Counted from the first letter of the stretch, positions 1 to 16,123 are shown. The stretch: DNA of 64,000 nucleotides from Octopus vulgaris (GCA_951406725.2 OX597818.1:141298001-141362000); one strand, 5' to 3'. Program-made: numbers and translations. Notes: a model not told the origin generated them from the sequence alone.

Positions 1-3000
1 ATGTCACTGAAATATTTATTAATTGCAATAATGTTGAAACAATTTGCATAATATCCCCAATCAATATTTACGGAAAAAGAAATTGTGTCATTAATATTAT
101 TTACTCTTTTACCCCTTCACTGGAATTAAACATTGGACTATGACCATAGTGTGGTACCAGTTTGTATTAAAGTTTTAATCATAGACATGCTTGTCGCTAA
201 AGAGGGAGTCACTGAACGGCAATGTCCCCTCACTATTCAGTGGTGCACCCTCAGATTTACTCCACTTTGCTCCATTTTAGCATTATTACAAATTAGTACC
301 CATACAGAATGTTCTGAACACTGGCCTGCTCATATACGCTGTGTAATGACTTCAAAAGTATTTGACTGGTGCTCGATCAATCAACAAAATTATTGAGCTG
401 TCTATGTTCCCATACGAAATCAGAAATAATATTTCTATTTTAAATAACATTTAACTTTTCTTCTGTTCGGGATATAATCCCTCTATTCCATTCTGATATA
501 CTCGTGATCCTGTATTCTGATTTTGTTTATGAATTATGTATATTATTATGTCATGCATTTAGTCCATCTCTAGTATGCATGTGATTAGCCGTTTTTCTTA
601 TTCGAGATGTATAGTATAAATATTTGAGTTTGAGTTATGCGTCTACTTCCGCCTACGACTAAGCTAACTCTTCGCCACAGAGGATGTATAAGCCAATGTT
701 TGAAGAGTTAAGCGAATGAGTACAAAGCGCCTACAGCTATGTATATTTTGTTAATAAAAGTGGTCGTATGCAGCGCAACGAAGTAAAGAAATAGTCGCAA
801 TTGCTGTATAAAGTAAGGAATTATTCTCGACACAGTTGAAAATACGTGAAGACTGACTCTGACCGATAAATACCTATCAAGCATATTTGAGGCAATAATG
901 CTGACGAAATACAAAACAAGGATATGAAGGCTGACAAAGTGTTGGTCTCTCAATTAGGCTACACGTGCATTGCAGTTTAACTTGATCCATATATATTTCG
1001 TTTTATTGAAATTAAAATATCAGCTGAAATGATACGAAATCACAATAATATCAACGTTCGACAACAGCATGAAGAAAGAAGTCATGTCTACGTTTTCCTT
1101 ACAACATTTTCAATTTCCTTGTTTTATTATGAAATCATCTATCTATAGATTGAAACAAAGGATAATCTGTTGGTAATAAATGCAGTGAGCGTGCTGAATT
1201 TTTGACAATGTCACCATCCAAACGATCTAATTTTTTCTGGAAAAAAAGAGCACTTAATAATGCTGGAGCATATAACACTTCTGCTTATGAAAGCAGCTAC
1301 TTTTTCATTGTAATGTTTATGTCATGTTGCTAGGATTAAACAGTTCTTCTGATAGTCTTTTAATGTTTAAGTAATTCATAACAACACCGGCCGTATTCTA
1401 GAAATTCTGTGTGAACACTTGGATTTTGGTGCTCGCAGTAGTTTCTCATTTGCTGATCCAGTGAAAATTAAATTGTCTCTTGAATCCTTCACTGCATCTT
1501 TGGTCCAGAAAATGTTATGAGTGAATCATTGTTCAAAAGAATATTGCAGATGCAAAGTTAAATTCAAACGAGATTTAATAAGTCAGCTAAATTCCCTCCT
1601 TACATTTTGTACCGATTTGCCTGATGTGACCTGGAAAATACAACATACATTCAGTTTCTACCCTAAATCTCAGGTGCCTTTTCGAGGATCTAATCCAAGT
1701 ATTATTCATAAAAATTGCCCCTCATAGTGACTCCTCTTCTAGAATGAGCTTTAACGCAGATATATTAATCGCCATTTTTAAACCGTTAAAAACAAGAAAA
1801 GCATTTGCGAGGTTCACTGCATCAAGCTACATTGCAGAAATGGTCCCCCCCTCATGTGTAAGTACTTCTCTGTGGAAATTGATATAGTAAGCAATGGCGA
1901 ATACGTTGCTCTTTAATGTATTGACACTCTATGGGTTTAATCTTTGTTAAAGACTGTAGTGACACATTTCTGACTAGAAGACATTATAAACAGACCTAGA
2001 GGTTATATTACCCCATTTAAATGTCGTCAAGCCTTGGGTGAGCAATAATTTAAAGCAGTGAAATAATTATTTCCGCGTACCCCAATAATTAACGCACTAA
2101 GGCAAGAAATTTCATTAATTACAATTACATTTGTAGTGCGGAGAAAGAGTTAGCTTAATGATTAATACTCGTCAAGAATGGCTGGGAGGTCAACACAAAA
2201 ATTATATACTCTTTTACTAGTTTCAGTCATGCTGTCGTGGTCATGCTGGAGCACCACCATAATTAACATTATTTTAAAATCATTTTCAATGTAACAAAAT
2301 ATCTTGGCTCACTACGCTGAATAACTGAACTTACTGAATGGAGTGTAATAGAGAAATGAAAATAAAACTATAAATATTTTTGTTATTGGTTGATTATGAA
2401 TGTCCACAGTAAACAGGGGTTTCATTAACCGGACACAAAATGTTATATATGTATAAATTCGTATGTGTCATTTACACTTTGTCCTTCAAAAAAACGTTTA
2501 TCATAATTTTTTTCACTGGCTTCAGTCATTTGGCTGAGACCATGCTCGTGCTCAGCCACATATTAATTCTAAGTACTTTGGTATAATATACTACAGCATC
2601 TTCATATTCTACGAACGAGAAAGTGGGCATAGGCGTTAAAGAAGCTAATTAGGTAAAATTTGACTTATCGAAAACAAAATAGGTATTTTGTAAATTCAGT
2701 CTCAAATTACAATTCTATTTGTATTCAGTTCGTATGACAAGTTAAAATATATTAAATACTATATATCTACAAGTTTGGCAGGATGTACCGGGTCAAAAAA
2801 TTATCGTCTTGCAGTGTCAGTTGGACAACCACATTTCATAACTATCATAAAGATGATGACTGTCCCTTCGCAATTCCACACAGGCTGCCAATAACGAATC
2901 ACCTGTTATCACCATAACGAGACATTAATGCAGGAACCGGAATATCTTACATCTGTCTCTATAACGAACAGCGTAGCTGCACAAACGTCGGAACAGCACA

Positions 3001-3210
3001 TATTCAAGTCTAAGGAAAACGGAATGAATAGACGGGAGTACGCGTCAGTGCAGTTTGTTGTCAAGATCGTTACAGATTGCTTTAACGTCTACAATAAATA
3101 TATGCAGGTAATATCTGTTCACTTACTATGTATGTAAGTTTGTGTATGTGTGTATTTATGTGAAAATGTGTGTGTGTGTGCGCGCCTGCAAACATGCGTG
3201 CGTTTGTGCG

Positions 3211-3254
<44 letters not shown>

Positions 3255-3421
3255 ATATATTGACCTTTGAACCTTTGCCTCTCTGTTAGAAACCAGTTCC
3301 TTCATCAAAGAAATAATTTAAATAATTAAAAAAAAGAGAGAACATACATTACCCATTAACATTGAAGTCGGTGATATAATTGTAAAGAGGTTTAATACCT
3401 CAATGTATATGTTTAATATTA

Positions 3422-3811
3422 GTGGAGGCGCAATGGCCCAGTGGTTAGGGCAGCGGACTCGCGGTCATAGGATCGCGGTTTCGATTCCTAGACCGGGCGT
3501 TTTGAGTGTTTATTGAGCGAAAACACCTAAAAGCTCCACGATGCTCCGGCAGGGGATGGTGGTGATCCCTGCTGTACTCTTTCACCACAACTTTCTCTCA
3601 CTCTTACTTCCTGTTTCTGTTGTACCTGTATTTCAAGGGGCCGGCCTTGTCACTGTCTGTGCCACGCTGACTATCCCCGAGAACTACGTTAAGGGTGCAC
3701 GTGTCTGTGGAGTGCTCAGCCACTTACACGTTAATTTCACGAGTGGGCTGTTCCGTTGATTCGGATCAACTGGAACCCTCATCGTCGAAACCGACGGAGT
3801 GCTTCCATTCC
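3422..3811 (+). mobile_element. tRNA-derived SINE, family A (full length)
   Basis: The head GTGGAGGCGCAATGGCCCAGTGGTTAGGGCAGCGGACTCGCGG...GGTTTCGATTCC has Pol III A- and B-box-like motifs. Near-identical copies lie at 24221-24608 and 62208-62591. A 12-bp target-site duplication ATGTTTAATATT flanks it (3409-3420 and 3812-3823). Confidence 0.9.
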
Positions 3812-4554
3812 ATGTTTAATATTGAAAAATTGTAGGAGGGTTAATACCTGAATATATGTTTAAATATTGAAAAATGTAAGACGTTGAATACCTCAATGTA
3901 TGTTTGTGAGAGAACAATGTTATAGAGAAGCAAAGGGTCGGCGGGCGCTTTCTGTCTTCTCCCATCCTTATCATTATCGTTCATTTCATTAATGTCTTGT
4001 CCAGCCCACAAAGCTACCTAATCTTTATACTGTCTTTATGACTAATTTAATAAAATTAAAGCAGCGTCGCTTTGAAGACAAAAACAAAATTCTACCTCGT
4101 ATTGACGAAAAACGTCGGCCAATTCTGACGCCATAATAAGAGGATATGTCAGAATTTTCAATCGAAAAACGTAATGGAATTCAACTGAGCAAATTTATTA
4201 TCTCCCTTTGATTTGTGTTGAACTACTTGCTAAAATATAAGGCATATTTTAACAAAATTTCTTTCACAGAAGATGGGATTTATTAAAATATTCATAATAG
4301 TAGTAATTCCACATTCATACAGTTCACTACTACATCAGAAATTCGGTAGGAAGTTTATAACATTGAACTTCAAAGTTTAAAAGGCGATGTTGACATCTTC
4401 GGGTTTTCAAATTTAAATTAAGCAGTGAAGAAATGCCACTAAGCAAGCAATTTGTTCGACGAGCCAACGATCCTGCCAGGTCCCTTTTTTAAATAAAAAT
4501 GTTTTTATCATAGGCACCAGCGAGACATTGTTGGGATAGCAGTTGTCTGAAACA

Positions 4555-5052
4555 TCAACATGAAAATTTCAGTAGTTCATGACACGCGTTCAATCGTGAC
4601 TGCTTTTGATCCTTCGTGAGCAAGCGACGCACAAATTCTGTTGCAACTCTTTCTATTCGCAATTCTTCGCTCAAAATTCGTCGGCAATCGTCCTGAACGA
4701 GTTTGTCTACAAGCGACAAGTGATCATTCCTAATGCATGGAAACCACTCGTAAATTTGTGTTTTGCTCATGGCAGCGATCTTGCAAGCTGTTTCAAGCAG
4801 GACAACTAGTTCGGCCGCCGTTTTCTGCGGCAGAAAACAGAATTTCATAAGAGCATGTTATTCCTTCGTTTCAGCCATCGCACAAATCGACGAACAGGGG
4901 AGAAGCGCTGCGAAACAAAGACGCACCACATGACAGTAAGACGCCGATCGATAGACTGATGCCTGAGGGTCGCATCAAGTAACTTCTAACGGCGGAAGCC
5001 TGAGCTATAATAGGTTTGTACCACAGAGAACGTTTCCGGTTACTTTTGGGTA
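4555..5052 (-). pseudogene. mariner-type transposase 5' remnant with terminal-repeat stub
   Basis: ORF 4555-4848 (MKFCFLPQKTAAELVVLLETACKIAAMSKTQIYEWF...ILSEELRIERVATEFVRRLLTKDQKQSRLNACHELL) matches the mariner N-terminal HTH and a degenerate WVPRLL linker. TACCCAAAAGTAACCGGAA near 5034-5052 (minus strand) resembles a mariner TIR. Confidence 0.85.
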
Positions 5053-5070
5053 TTATAATCTCCCTTTACG

Positions 5071-5521
5071 TTCAGTTCTATATTTAAGAGATGAGGAATT
5101 ATGTACATTATTTACATTATTTATATTCGACGGATATTTGTCCTCATCTGGTTTGTTGTTAACATAACGTTTTGGCTGATATACCCTCCAGCCTTCTTGA
5201 GGTGTCTGGGGGAAATTTCGAACCTGGGTTCTCATTCCTACGGTAATTTTCGATGTTTATTGTTATTATTATTATTATTATTTCTATTGTTCAGGTCACT
5301 GCTCGGTATCGAACTCGGAATCTTGGGGTTAGTAGCCGGCGCTCTTAACCACTACGCTATATGCCCGTGGGCATCGAAACGTACCTTAGGAATGAGAACC
5401 CAGGTTCGAAATTTCCCCAAGACACCTGAAGAAGGCTGGAGGGTATATTAGCCAAAACATTGTGTTAAAAACAAACAAGATGAGGACAAATATCCGTCAG
5501 ATGTAAATAATGTAAATCATG
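5071..5521 (-). mobile_element. tRNA-headed SINE-like element with hammerhead-type 3' region, plus inverted partial duplicate (family D)
   Basis: The minus-strand head 5290-5366 has A box TAGCGTAGTGG and B box GAGTTCGATACC, followed by (AAT)n and a body at 5080-5255. Segment 5372-5517 is an inverted copy of the body. A 10-bp direct repeat TCCCTTTACG flanks the whole unit (5061-5070 and 5522-5531). A second copy lies at 31567-31900. Confidence 0.8.
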
Positions 5522-5751
5522 TCCCTTTACGGTGTTGCAATATTAGAATTTAAATCATAGCTGGTTATATTTCAACTTTTACAAATCGTCATCTTTCATG
5601 AAATAATTGAAAGATGAGGACAAATATCCGTCAGATGTAAATAATGTAAATCATGTCCCTTTACGGTGTTGCAATATTAGAATTTAAATGACATCATAGC
5701 TGGTTATATTTCAACTTTTACAAATCGTCATCTTTCATGAAATAATTGAAA
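5480..5751. repeat. tandem duplication of a ~135-bp unit
   Basis: GATGAGGACAAATATCCGTCAG...GAAATAATTGAAA occurs twice (5480-5612 and 5613-5751). The copies differ by a small insertion. Confidence 0.9.
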
Positions 5752-6504
5752 TTGTCATATATCCTTTGCAATGAAAGCATTTTTATATAAGATAAAAAAC
5801 TAGTTTCAAATTTTGGTAGATATATCTATGCGAATACATAAACCTGTTTTAAACGTGGAACCAAAAATATTTTCCCTCATTCAAATATAGGTTTAGAGTA
5901 AAAGGCGACACAATGCTTAATTAAAAAAAAAACATACAACAGAAAAAAATATGTTTATCAGTTTTTCAGCTTTTAAAGTTTTATGAACAACATTATACAC
6001 CACATTACCCAAACAAGAAAATTCGATGCTGAAACAATATGTATGCATTCAAGATATTTTTAATATTTTCATAATAGAGGCGCCTAAGACATCCTCTCGA
6101 TGTATTACACGGATTTCGATCAGTGAAAAATTTTTACGAGTGAAGGCTCGCTAAACCCGATGAGAACAAAATACAACTGATTATATGTGAACATTCTAGT
6201 AGTGAATTAATGCCATATTTCGATAAGGCCAGTCATGAACTTTTTATCGACATGGCGAATGCAGGTCTGATAGTGAAGTGACGCCATAATAAAATGAGGG
6301 ACGGATCTGCAGAGCAAGGTTGAAGGTTGATGTGGAGAATACGCAAAATACGTCCTACATCAGGATCAGTAATTTTACTTGATTTTATGAAAGTGTCAGT
6401 GAAAGGTTTCTTGAAAATGGTTGTAGGAAATTAATCATTCGGCTATCTTTCTAAAGTGATGGAACAGAATGATCTGATAGCGAACTGTGAATCTGCATTA
6501 TTTG

Positions 6505-7445
<941 letters not shown>

Positions 7446-10400
7446 AGTGAATCTTACTGTGCTTCAGTTTGAGTAAATATTTCGAATGTAGCTCCAAGAT
7501 GGCCAGTGACTCGGACTGGAATTTTCTCTTAGCTCATAATTGTTTTGACTTATGCACCAAAGTCGTCGCAAATCTTTTTTTCTAAATGGAAGAATATCTT
7601 TGTCGACATATGCTGGATTTAAACTCTAAAAGCAACACACCCTGTGGTTTACCGATTCCTTTTAACTTATCGACCCCCAAAGAAAATATCGACAATGGAT
7701 GCGCCTATTTCATTTCAAAATTATCTTATATTTTATTTTATACCGTTTCAGGATTTATTTTTCTGAGCAAATATCCTAATTAACCTTCTTCTCTGAATTG
7801 ACTTTGGAAATTTTTATTTATTAGTTGATAAGTTTATGTTATTGTTTATGATACTATCGTGTATTTTTAGAAAACAGTTGATCATTAATGTAGCAATTAC
7901 AATCTCAGTTGGGAGGATGTCTGATCCAGATCAGTAACCACGTAAATGATATATGAAATGTCGTTGTGTTTTATGTTTCTTTCTTCTGTACTTTTGCATC
8001 ATAAATCTTTGTATATGACATTACTGAATCAAAAGCACACTGCTGTATCAGTCATCAAAGTCCATATTAATAGTGGAGAAGAAGTAATTGCTTCATATGA
8101 TACATGATCATTAAGAAAGGGTAGATCAATGAGGGTTTACGATTTCAGATATTATTTCACACTTGCACAACTTTGATGAGAAGCTGTAGACTTGCATAAT
8201 TTCCGTGTAATGATATGGTGTTTGTTTGTTTTTTTTTCATTTATTCGTGACTTTTTGCGGTTAAAGGAGACACTAAGCTGTTCAGTAATGAAGACTGGAG
8301 CCATTTTATATCATTGTGTCTGAAATATTTTTCTGGAAATAAAGGAATGGCAAAGATTTCCAATATAATAGCCTCTGATGTTTTCAAACTTTATGTATTT
8401 ACCAGATATAATTTTAGATACTTTTTAAAATACATATGTACTATCCCTTTCCTTAACTAAATCAACTGTAGAACTTTATTTGTCTCACTTGTTATCGAGT
8501 GGTCATTTTGGTATCTCATAAGTACGGATTACAGAATCTTTAAATTTTTATCAAGACCAAAATAAATAAATTTCTTATGTTTTTCTATATTGCCAACTCT
8601 GTGTATTTAGTAAATATGTTGATGTTTTTGCTTAGTTGCTGATTAACCTATCCTTAAGTGAGCAGACCTAAGATCAAACGTCTTCAATCAGTAAGCAGAC
8701 CTAAGTTCAATATCTTTCAGACGTCATGAATCCAGAGCTGTACTTTTAAATATGTTTTTCGTTTGCGAAGTTCTAACGGTGCGAGTTGTGAGAAATTTCG
8801 AGCAGGTTGGTGGACACATACAGTTTTCCCTATTTGTTTCAAAGTAGGATATTGAGATATCTAATTAAGTCAATGCTAGCATATTTGATAAATGAATAAT
8901 CACAAGGCTAATTAGAAATTATGTGGTGAGAAAAAGCAATACTAAATAGCGATAAATATTGTTCTGATTATTAAACAAAAATATCAGTGAGTTCTAGAAT
9001 ATATGCAATAGATAGCTGCCACGATTTGCTAGTATATTCAGCGAATATTAGATGATATCAATCACTTGAAATACAGAATACAAGGAAAACATATTCAGCT
9101 ATAGCTGTGGAATTAAGGGATTGCCGAGAAACCACGTCACTGAAAGCCATTATTCAGAATAACTCTTCAGTAAATGAAGGTAGAAAACGAATCAAATTTA
9201 AATAATTTATATACGTAGTTACGTTTAAACACGTTAATTTCCGATAAAAGTAGGTTTCTATAAAACAATATATTTTTGTTTTCCTTCATTAAACATTTCT
9301 AGAACTTTGCCCATTGATTCGGGCACACAGGGCGCATAGTTCAGATGGCTTGCTGACGCGTGCCACACAAGCTCACCAGTACGTAGAAATGCACTGATGT
9401 CACGTGAAAGCCCTCACCTTAAGGTTAAATGTCCTAAGTTTTAAAGTTAAGCTTGGGAGTCGACAGTGCAGAGACTAGCAGAGTAAATCGTAAAACAATA
9501 TCGGTAGATGGCAAAAGGATACTTACTTTATGTTTCCCGAGGAAAACAATATATGGAACCTTCAGGCTGTGACATAGAGAACTATGATCACCAATACCTG
9601 TAGCTATGGCACGTGAAGAATGGATGGGTAATAATCGACGATTATTTCTTACTGTTATTTATGAGAATAGATGAGGAATGATTTTGTCCCTAATTATTTA
9701 TGTAATATTTTACTTCTAATTAATGAGAGACATTTAAGCATAATGTTTTCGTTCAATTTTTTTATCTGCATGAAACATTTAATCAAGATATGGTATAGCC
9801 GTGCTATGACGAAAATCGCTTTCCAAAAACGTTGTTCGATCTCACTACGAGATTGCTAGAGCAAATGCCCTCTGCTCTAGCTTTTTGTTCATCAATAGCA
9901 TGTAATATTTGGCAAAGAGAAAATAAGAGAAGCCCAGTCAATACGTGTTTACGTATATGTATGTATTTATACTTTACTTTGGGAATCCTCCCTTTGCAAA
10001 ATTACAGCTGGTTAGCTGCATGTATTTATACATGTACTTAGTTCAGCAATAGCTGACGAGGTGAGTATTTTTTGTAAAATATATTGATGCCCAGCAAGGA
10101 AACTTATCATATATAACCCTTATATTCTTTACGTGGCATATTTGAGATTAATTCTTCCCTTTTGTTCAATTCACAGGAAGTCATAACTTGAGCGCTTTTG
10201 AGGAGTTGTGAACTCTTAGTATCTCGCCTCGCCGACCTACAATTGTACATCCTAAGTGTATATTCTTGTATATTCTAAATAACTTACATGTCCCAAGCTC
10301 TTTTCCCCTAGTAGAGCACTCTCAAATCCGATATATATATATATATATACATATAAACTTGGGTGGTGTAATTGTGTATGTATGTATATATGTATGCATG

Positions 10401-11188
10401 TACGTGAATGTGCGTATGTATGCATATATGTGTGAATTAATGTTTTGTCGATGTCTGGGTCAATCTCTGTAATTTCATGTATCATATATAAAAACCAGAG
10501 TTGTGTCAAGAAGCTTAAGTTAAAGATTCAATAAAATATAGATCGATAAGAAACATAAATACGCACTGCAGTCAATATTATCGACTACAAAGCTTTGGAA
10601 GTATTGCTCCAGTATGGCGAAAGTCCAGTGACTGAAACCAATAACTGAAACAAAAAGAAAAGAATTATGAGTATAGAAACTACATGTTTATCAATCCTGA
10701 GAACATAATTTAGCAACATTTACTGAATCTAAATGGTGTCTGGACCAAATCTATGTAGATTATGATAGTGGAAAATTACAAGAACGTACATAGAGACAAC
10801 AGTTTAGTTTATTATATATACATACTGTGACATTGAGCTGAAAAATCAATTTTGATTTTGTTAAATAATGTTTATACGCGATGAGGTTATTTTTGATTCA
10901 ATAGAATAAAAATAGCTCCATTGTATCCCAGTCTGTTTGCGTATGAACTTACATTTTTTGTGCGTGTGTATGTTTGCGTGTGAATGTGTGTCTGTGTCGG
11001 TGCGTGTGCGTGTGTGTGTATGTGTGTAAGTGTGTGTATGTGTCTGTGTGTGTATGCATTTGCGTCTGTATATATATTCGGAATACGTGTTCGCATTCAA
11101 TTATATATGGCAAGAGCTCTTGTGCTATCGAAGGATTGCGCAATAATAAATATCTTGATAGATAGATAGATAGATGCACACATAAGCA

Positions 11189-11238
<50 letters not shown>

Positions 11239-11379
11239 CATGGCTACTTTCATGCATATGAATATATACATAATTGTATATAGTTTAACAAATGACGAAG
11301 ACAGTTGATTGAATGAATATATATATGTGTGTGTATGTATATATATATATATATGTATATATATTCATAAGTATGTATG

Positions 11380-11470
<91 letters not shown>

Positions 11471-11799
11471 CATTTACACTTTATATTTGTCCTTTATCAG
11501 CCATTTTGTCATTGAGGTTTATAAGTTTTGTAATGGACGAAATAAGATAGGAAAACGAATTGGGAGCAAAACGAAACCTATCATAAACATTTTTTACTGA
11601 ATGTTTGCAAAGGCAGGTCAGAAGTAACAGCTCATTCGGGTTCCTGAATAAGAGACATTTGCATAAATATTGTATTACATTGTTATTTAGAAATACTTAC
11701 ACCAAGACATCCTCATCTCCACAAAATTATGTCTTCACATTAGTACATATATAATGATCATATAACCCACATCAATACACACACACTCACACACATATA

Positions 11800-11865
<66 letters not shown>

Positions 11866-12184
11866 GTGTGTGTATGTGTGTGTGTTTGTGTGTGTGTACA
11901 ATAGTGTATGTATGTGTGTACATGTGTGTATGTGTGCGTGTGTGTATATATATATATATATATTCAGCGGAATATATGTCTTTCAGAATATAGTATTGAA
12001 ACTGTAGATATAATATACTACAAACACTGGTATAAGTGCGGAGTTAGCATGAGTTTCATGGCTAAGTTGGTATCGAAATGTCTATTGTATTTTTAATGTT
12101 CAATTTTATTGTGTAGAAATGTATACTAATTCAGAAAGAATTTTATGAATACACGCAGAGAAACACATTCCATACATTTATAGA

Positions 12185-12342
<158 letters not shown>

Positions 12343-12468
12343 ATTTATAGCGACGTATCCCACATACAGCTGTAATATGTATATAAGTATTTATGCAGAA
12401 ATATTGCTATGTGTGCATGTGTGTGTGCTTGTGTATGTGTACATGAACACACACTCGCATATACATCT

Positions 12469-12499
<31 letters not shown>

Positions 12500-12503
12500 C
12501 ACA

Positions 12504-12559
<56 letters not shown>

Positions 12560-12893
12560 CATATATATTTATATATATATATATTCTCCCCAATATAATT
12601 TATGAGTCGATATATATGGCGTCATTGTTGGCTATAAATTCAATAAGGTCCAGTAATGCTTCTTATTTGTTAATTATATTTAAACACAGGTAATGACTTT
12701 CAATAGTTCAATTATATTTCCATTAAGTTAAGTTAGGGAATTAACTTACATGATGTGTTTTTATTATCTTAATCAAGATGGCAACAGGACGCATTCCTAA
12801 GTGGATGTCCTAGTCTCTACCGCTTTTATTGCTGTTGTTCTCGATCAGCCGCCTGCAGTTGTCAATAAAACCATCACATGTATAACTGAAGTG

Positions 12894-12984
<91 letters not shown>
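12894..12984. repeat. (TAG)n microsatellite
   Basis: Directly visible perfect tract. Confidence 0.95.
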
Positions 12985-13592
12985 ATGTCGGAAAGTATTC
13001 TTATAGCTGACTGGTTGTGATGCTGTTTGTTTGGAAATGAAATTTGAATCATGCTGAAAATGCAATTATAATTTATGCTAATGAACATTCTATTGTTAAT
13101 AAAAATCCGCGTATATTGTTTTGTACTTTTTTTAAATGTTAATTGCCGTTTCAGTACATTTCTATCTCATATTCTTTATTTATTTTCCTGTTGTTGTCTT
13201 TGTTTATTTGTTTATAGTATGTTGTTATTTGTGGTGTAAATATTGTTAACAAAAGCAAGATGGATTTATATATTATGCAGTATTGTGTTAACATCGCTTC
13301 AGATTCTGTGTCTAAACTCAAATCCTACCATGATTTACTTCGTATTTCCTCCGTCCAAATTTATGTAAAATAACGTATGAGTCACATACTGGACTAGTTT
13401 TATTCAACTTCACCTCCTTTGCCAAAAATAAGTCACCTTGTACCTATATAAATTAATATTGTTCTCTTACTGCACTGGTTTAAGAAAGGAAACATCTGGT
13501 CCTTGGGTGCTTTTATCGGAGTCTACGTTTGTTGTATGCAGAGAATTCAGAATAATTTCCTGCCTCACCTACTAGTCTTACATGCTTCATAC

Positions 13593-13765
13593 GGATGATG
13601 GTGTGTTTACGTCTCTGTAACTTAGCAGTTCGGAAAAATACACCGATAGAATAAGTACTAGGCTAACAAGGAATAAATCCCGGGGTTGATTTGCTCGACT
13701 AAAGGTGGTGTTCCTGCATGGCTGCAGTTAATTGACTGAAACAAGTAAAAGAATAAACGAGTAAA
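13593..13765 (+). mobile_element. SINE family C, 3' half
   Basis: It matches the 3' part of 40365-40775 and ends in GGTGTTCCTGCATGGCTGCAG...GACTGAAACAAGTAAAAGAATAA. Confidence 0.75.
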
Positions 13766-15055
13766 AGAAATCCTGCTTTGCGAATTTTCTTTCCTTACTA
13801 TGTATGAAAGAGATTCAGGGCCCGTGGCGTTCACAGTCCTTCTCAACCAATGAGGTTGATGTTGTTAATGTTCTGCTTAATCTGTTCCAATCTACGACTG
13901 CAGGAAAATTTTGAGAAATGAGAGAATTTCTGACAGCCACATTTCTGGAGAGGAAGGAATATTTTTAGCCGTTAGTACGGAGCCTATATGATTGCCAAGA
14001 TCATAGGATCATCCAATAAAATGCGTTGTTATATTATCAGAATCGGTATAGAGTCGGACAGAATGCCTTGGTGTGTTTACCTAAATTACTTGATGTTTCA
14101 AATTCTAATCATATTTTCGCCGACTTCTTCCTTTTCATATTCTCAAGTTGTTAAAATAATGCATATGGTTGCGTAAATTTCGAAATTCTTAGTACAGACT
14201 TTTCGGCTATTTTTTGTATTTGGTGAGGGAGGCGATAAATGTTTATACAGATATCAGATTTGCTGAAATTCAAGGTACAATCCAGAATCCCAAATGATTT
14301 CTTGACTAACTAAATAAATAGTCAATTACAATCAATAATGCGTACGATCTAGCTTGTATGGGAAATAATTTTAGAATGCATTTTGTATCATGGCAGTTGC
14401 TTTATCAATATTCGCCAAGCCTCCAAGAAAATAAATGAATAAATCATAACTCTTCATAAACAGAAAGTAAAAAAGGCACATAGAATACAAAGGTATTCAA
14501 TAGAAGAAAAAGAGGGAACGAAACGATCCTTTGCGGACAATATAACATCGGTTATAACATTTCGAAATTTCGCCAAAACAACAATAATAACATTTGGATA
14601 CACGCACATGCGTATGCGCGCAACGTGGAAAGCGTTTCGAATTCAAATCAGCTTCCATTTTAGCAGCGTGCTTTCAAGAAAAAACAAAAAAAAAATGAAT
14701 GATTGATATCGAAGATTAATATGAAAGAACGATTGACTGACAACAGTTTGTCTGAACATCGAATGCTTCGCTATCAGGAGGCATTAGTTAGGCGCACGAG
14801 AGAAGAAATTATGTGACTAACCTGTGCCTTATCGAAGTGATATGATTTTCCATGTGCTCCAAAGAATAATTAGTAGAATTCCTAGTCAATAAAGGGAGAG
14901 AGACAGACAGACAAACAGACAGAGAGAGACATACAGGTAATCAGGCAATCAGACAGAAAGAAAGAGAGAGAAAGACAGGATATGGTACAATACATATTCA
15001 ACACTGAACTGGGGAAGTGAAGTGTCACAAGTTCAGTGTATGTCCATAAGCTTAG

Positions 15056-15287
15056 GGCGGCGAGCTGGCAGAAACGTTAGCACGCCGGGCGAAATGCGTA
15101 GCCATATATCGTCTGTCGTTACGTTCCGAGTTCAAATTCCGCCGAGGTTGATTTTGCCTTTCATCCTTTCGGGGTCGAAAAATAAAGTACCAGTTACGCA
15201 CTGGGGTCGATATAATCGACTTAATCCCTTTGTCTGTCCTTGTTTGTCCCCTCTATGTTTAGCCCCTTGTGGGTAGTAAAGAAATAT
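15056..15287 (+). mobile_element. SINE-like repeat, family B
   Basis: GGCGGCGAGCTGGCAGAAACGTTAGCACGCCGGGCGAAATG...GAGTTCAAATTCC (B-box-like)...TTGCCTTTCATCCTTTCGGGGTCG. Other copies lie at 35557, 37517, 46048 (minus) and 63923. Confidence 0.85.
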
Positions 15288-16123
15288 GTATGTCCGTAAG
15301 CTAGCGATAAAGAGTTTGAAATGCAAGAATAAGTGACATAAAATTAATAGAGAGTTACCGCTGATATGATCCGGGTTGACGTGTGATCGGGTGTGGTTAC
15401 CATGAGCATATAAATTTTCGTGACTTTACAACAGCGGAAAACGATCTTGGACCTTTAGCTCGTACAGAGATAAAGTCTATGACAAATCATTTCAGAAGAA
15501 ATTATGTAAGAGCATTCAGCTCAATGCTGCTGAAAGGAAGAAAACAACGCCAACAGCGGAAGACCATGGAAACTGCTGCTTATAAGAAAACACCTGTCGC
15601 CTCCTCAGAGATTAACTGCCATTGTCGTCGACCTAACACCAACAGTGACGGTGATTATGATCGAGATGAAAGAAACGAATGGTCCACTGCAATAAGTGCA
15701 ACAATGAGTTCAATACCATCCTGTCCACTTGCAAATACATGAATCAAATGAAGGCTGAGGAAAATATTTAAAATATCTAAATAAAAAAAGCCTTATTAAA
15801 GAGAAAATAATCGAAGCTAACAGTAAGGGTAAGAAAAATACTTCTGTAGAGAGAGGTCCATTTTGTATGAGAAAGACACCCAACATCGCACAGGAGTAAT
15901 CGCAAGAAGTGAACTATTGCTTGACAACTTTAACGAGAAAATTCCTCAGAGATTATTCTAATGTTAATAAACTTAAGAAGCATATGGTAAATTTCGAGAG
16001 GTTATTTAATGGAAGGCGTGAGAACTTCGGGTCAATATAGGTCACTACCTCCCACCTATTTATAGGTGGTTTGCCCTTAGAACAACTGAATCATGTTTTG
16101 CTTATCTGCATTTATTAATGATA

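Noticed and set aside
3422-3495. tRNA-like sequences at SINE heads (also 5290-5366, 24221 and 62520-62591)
   Set aside because: They lack a complete acceptor stem and are always fused to repeat bodies, so they are SINE heads and not tRNA genes.
3541-3759. Recurrent ORF VVIPAVLFHHNF... (also 24355 and 62254)
   Set aside because: It recurs only because it lies inside SINE family A.
15383-15742. 119-aa ORF in unique sequence
   Set aside because: It has a GTG start, no recognisable domain and no splice support, so it cannot be told apart from a chance ORF.
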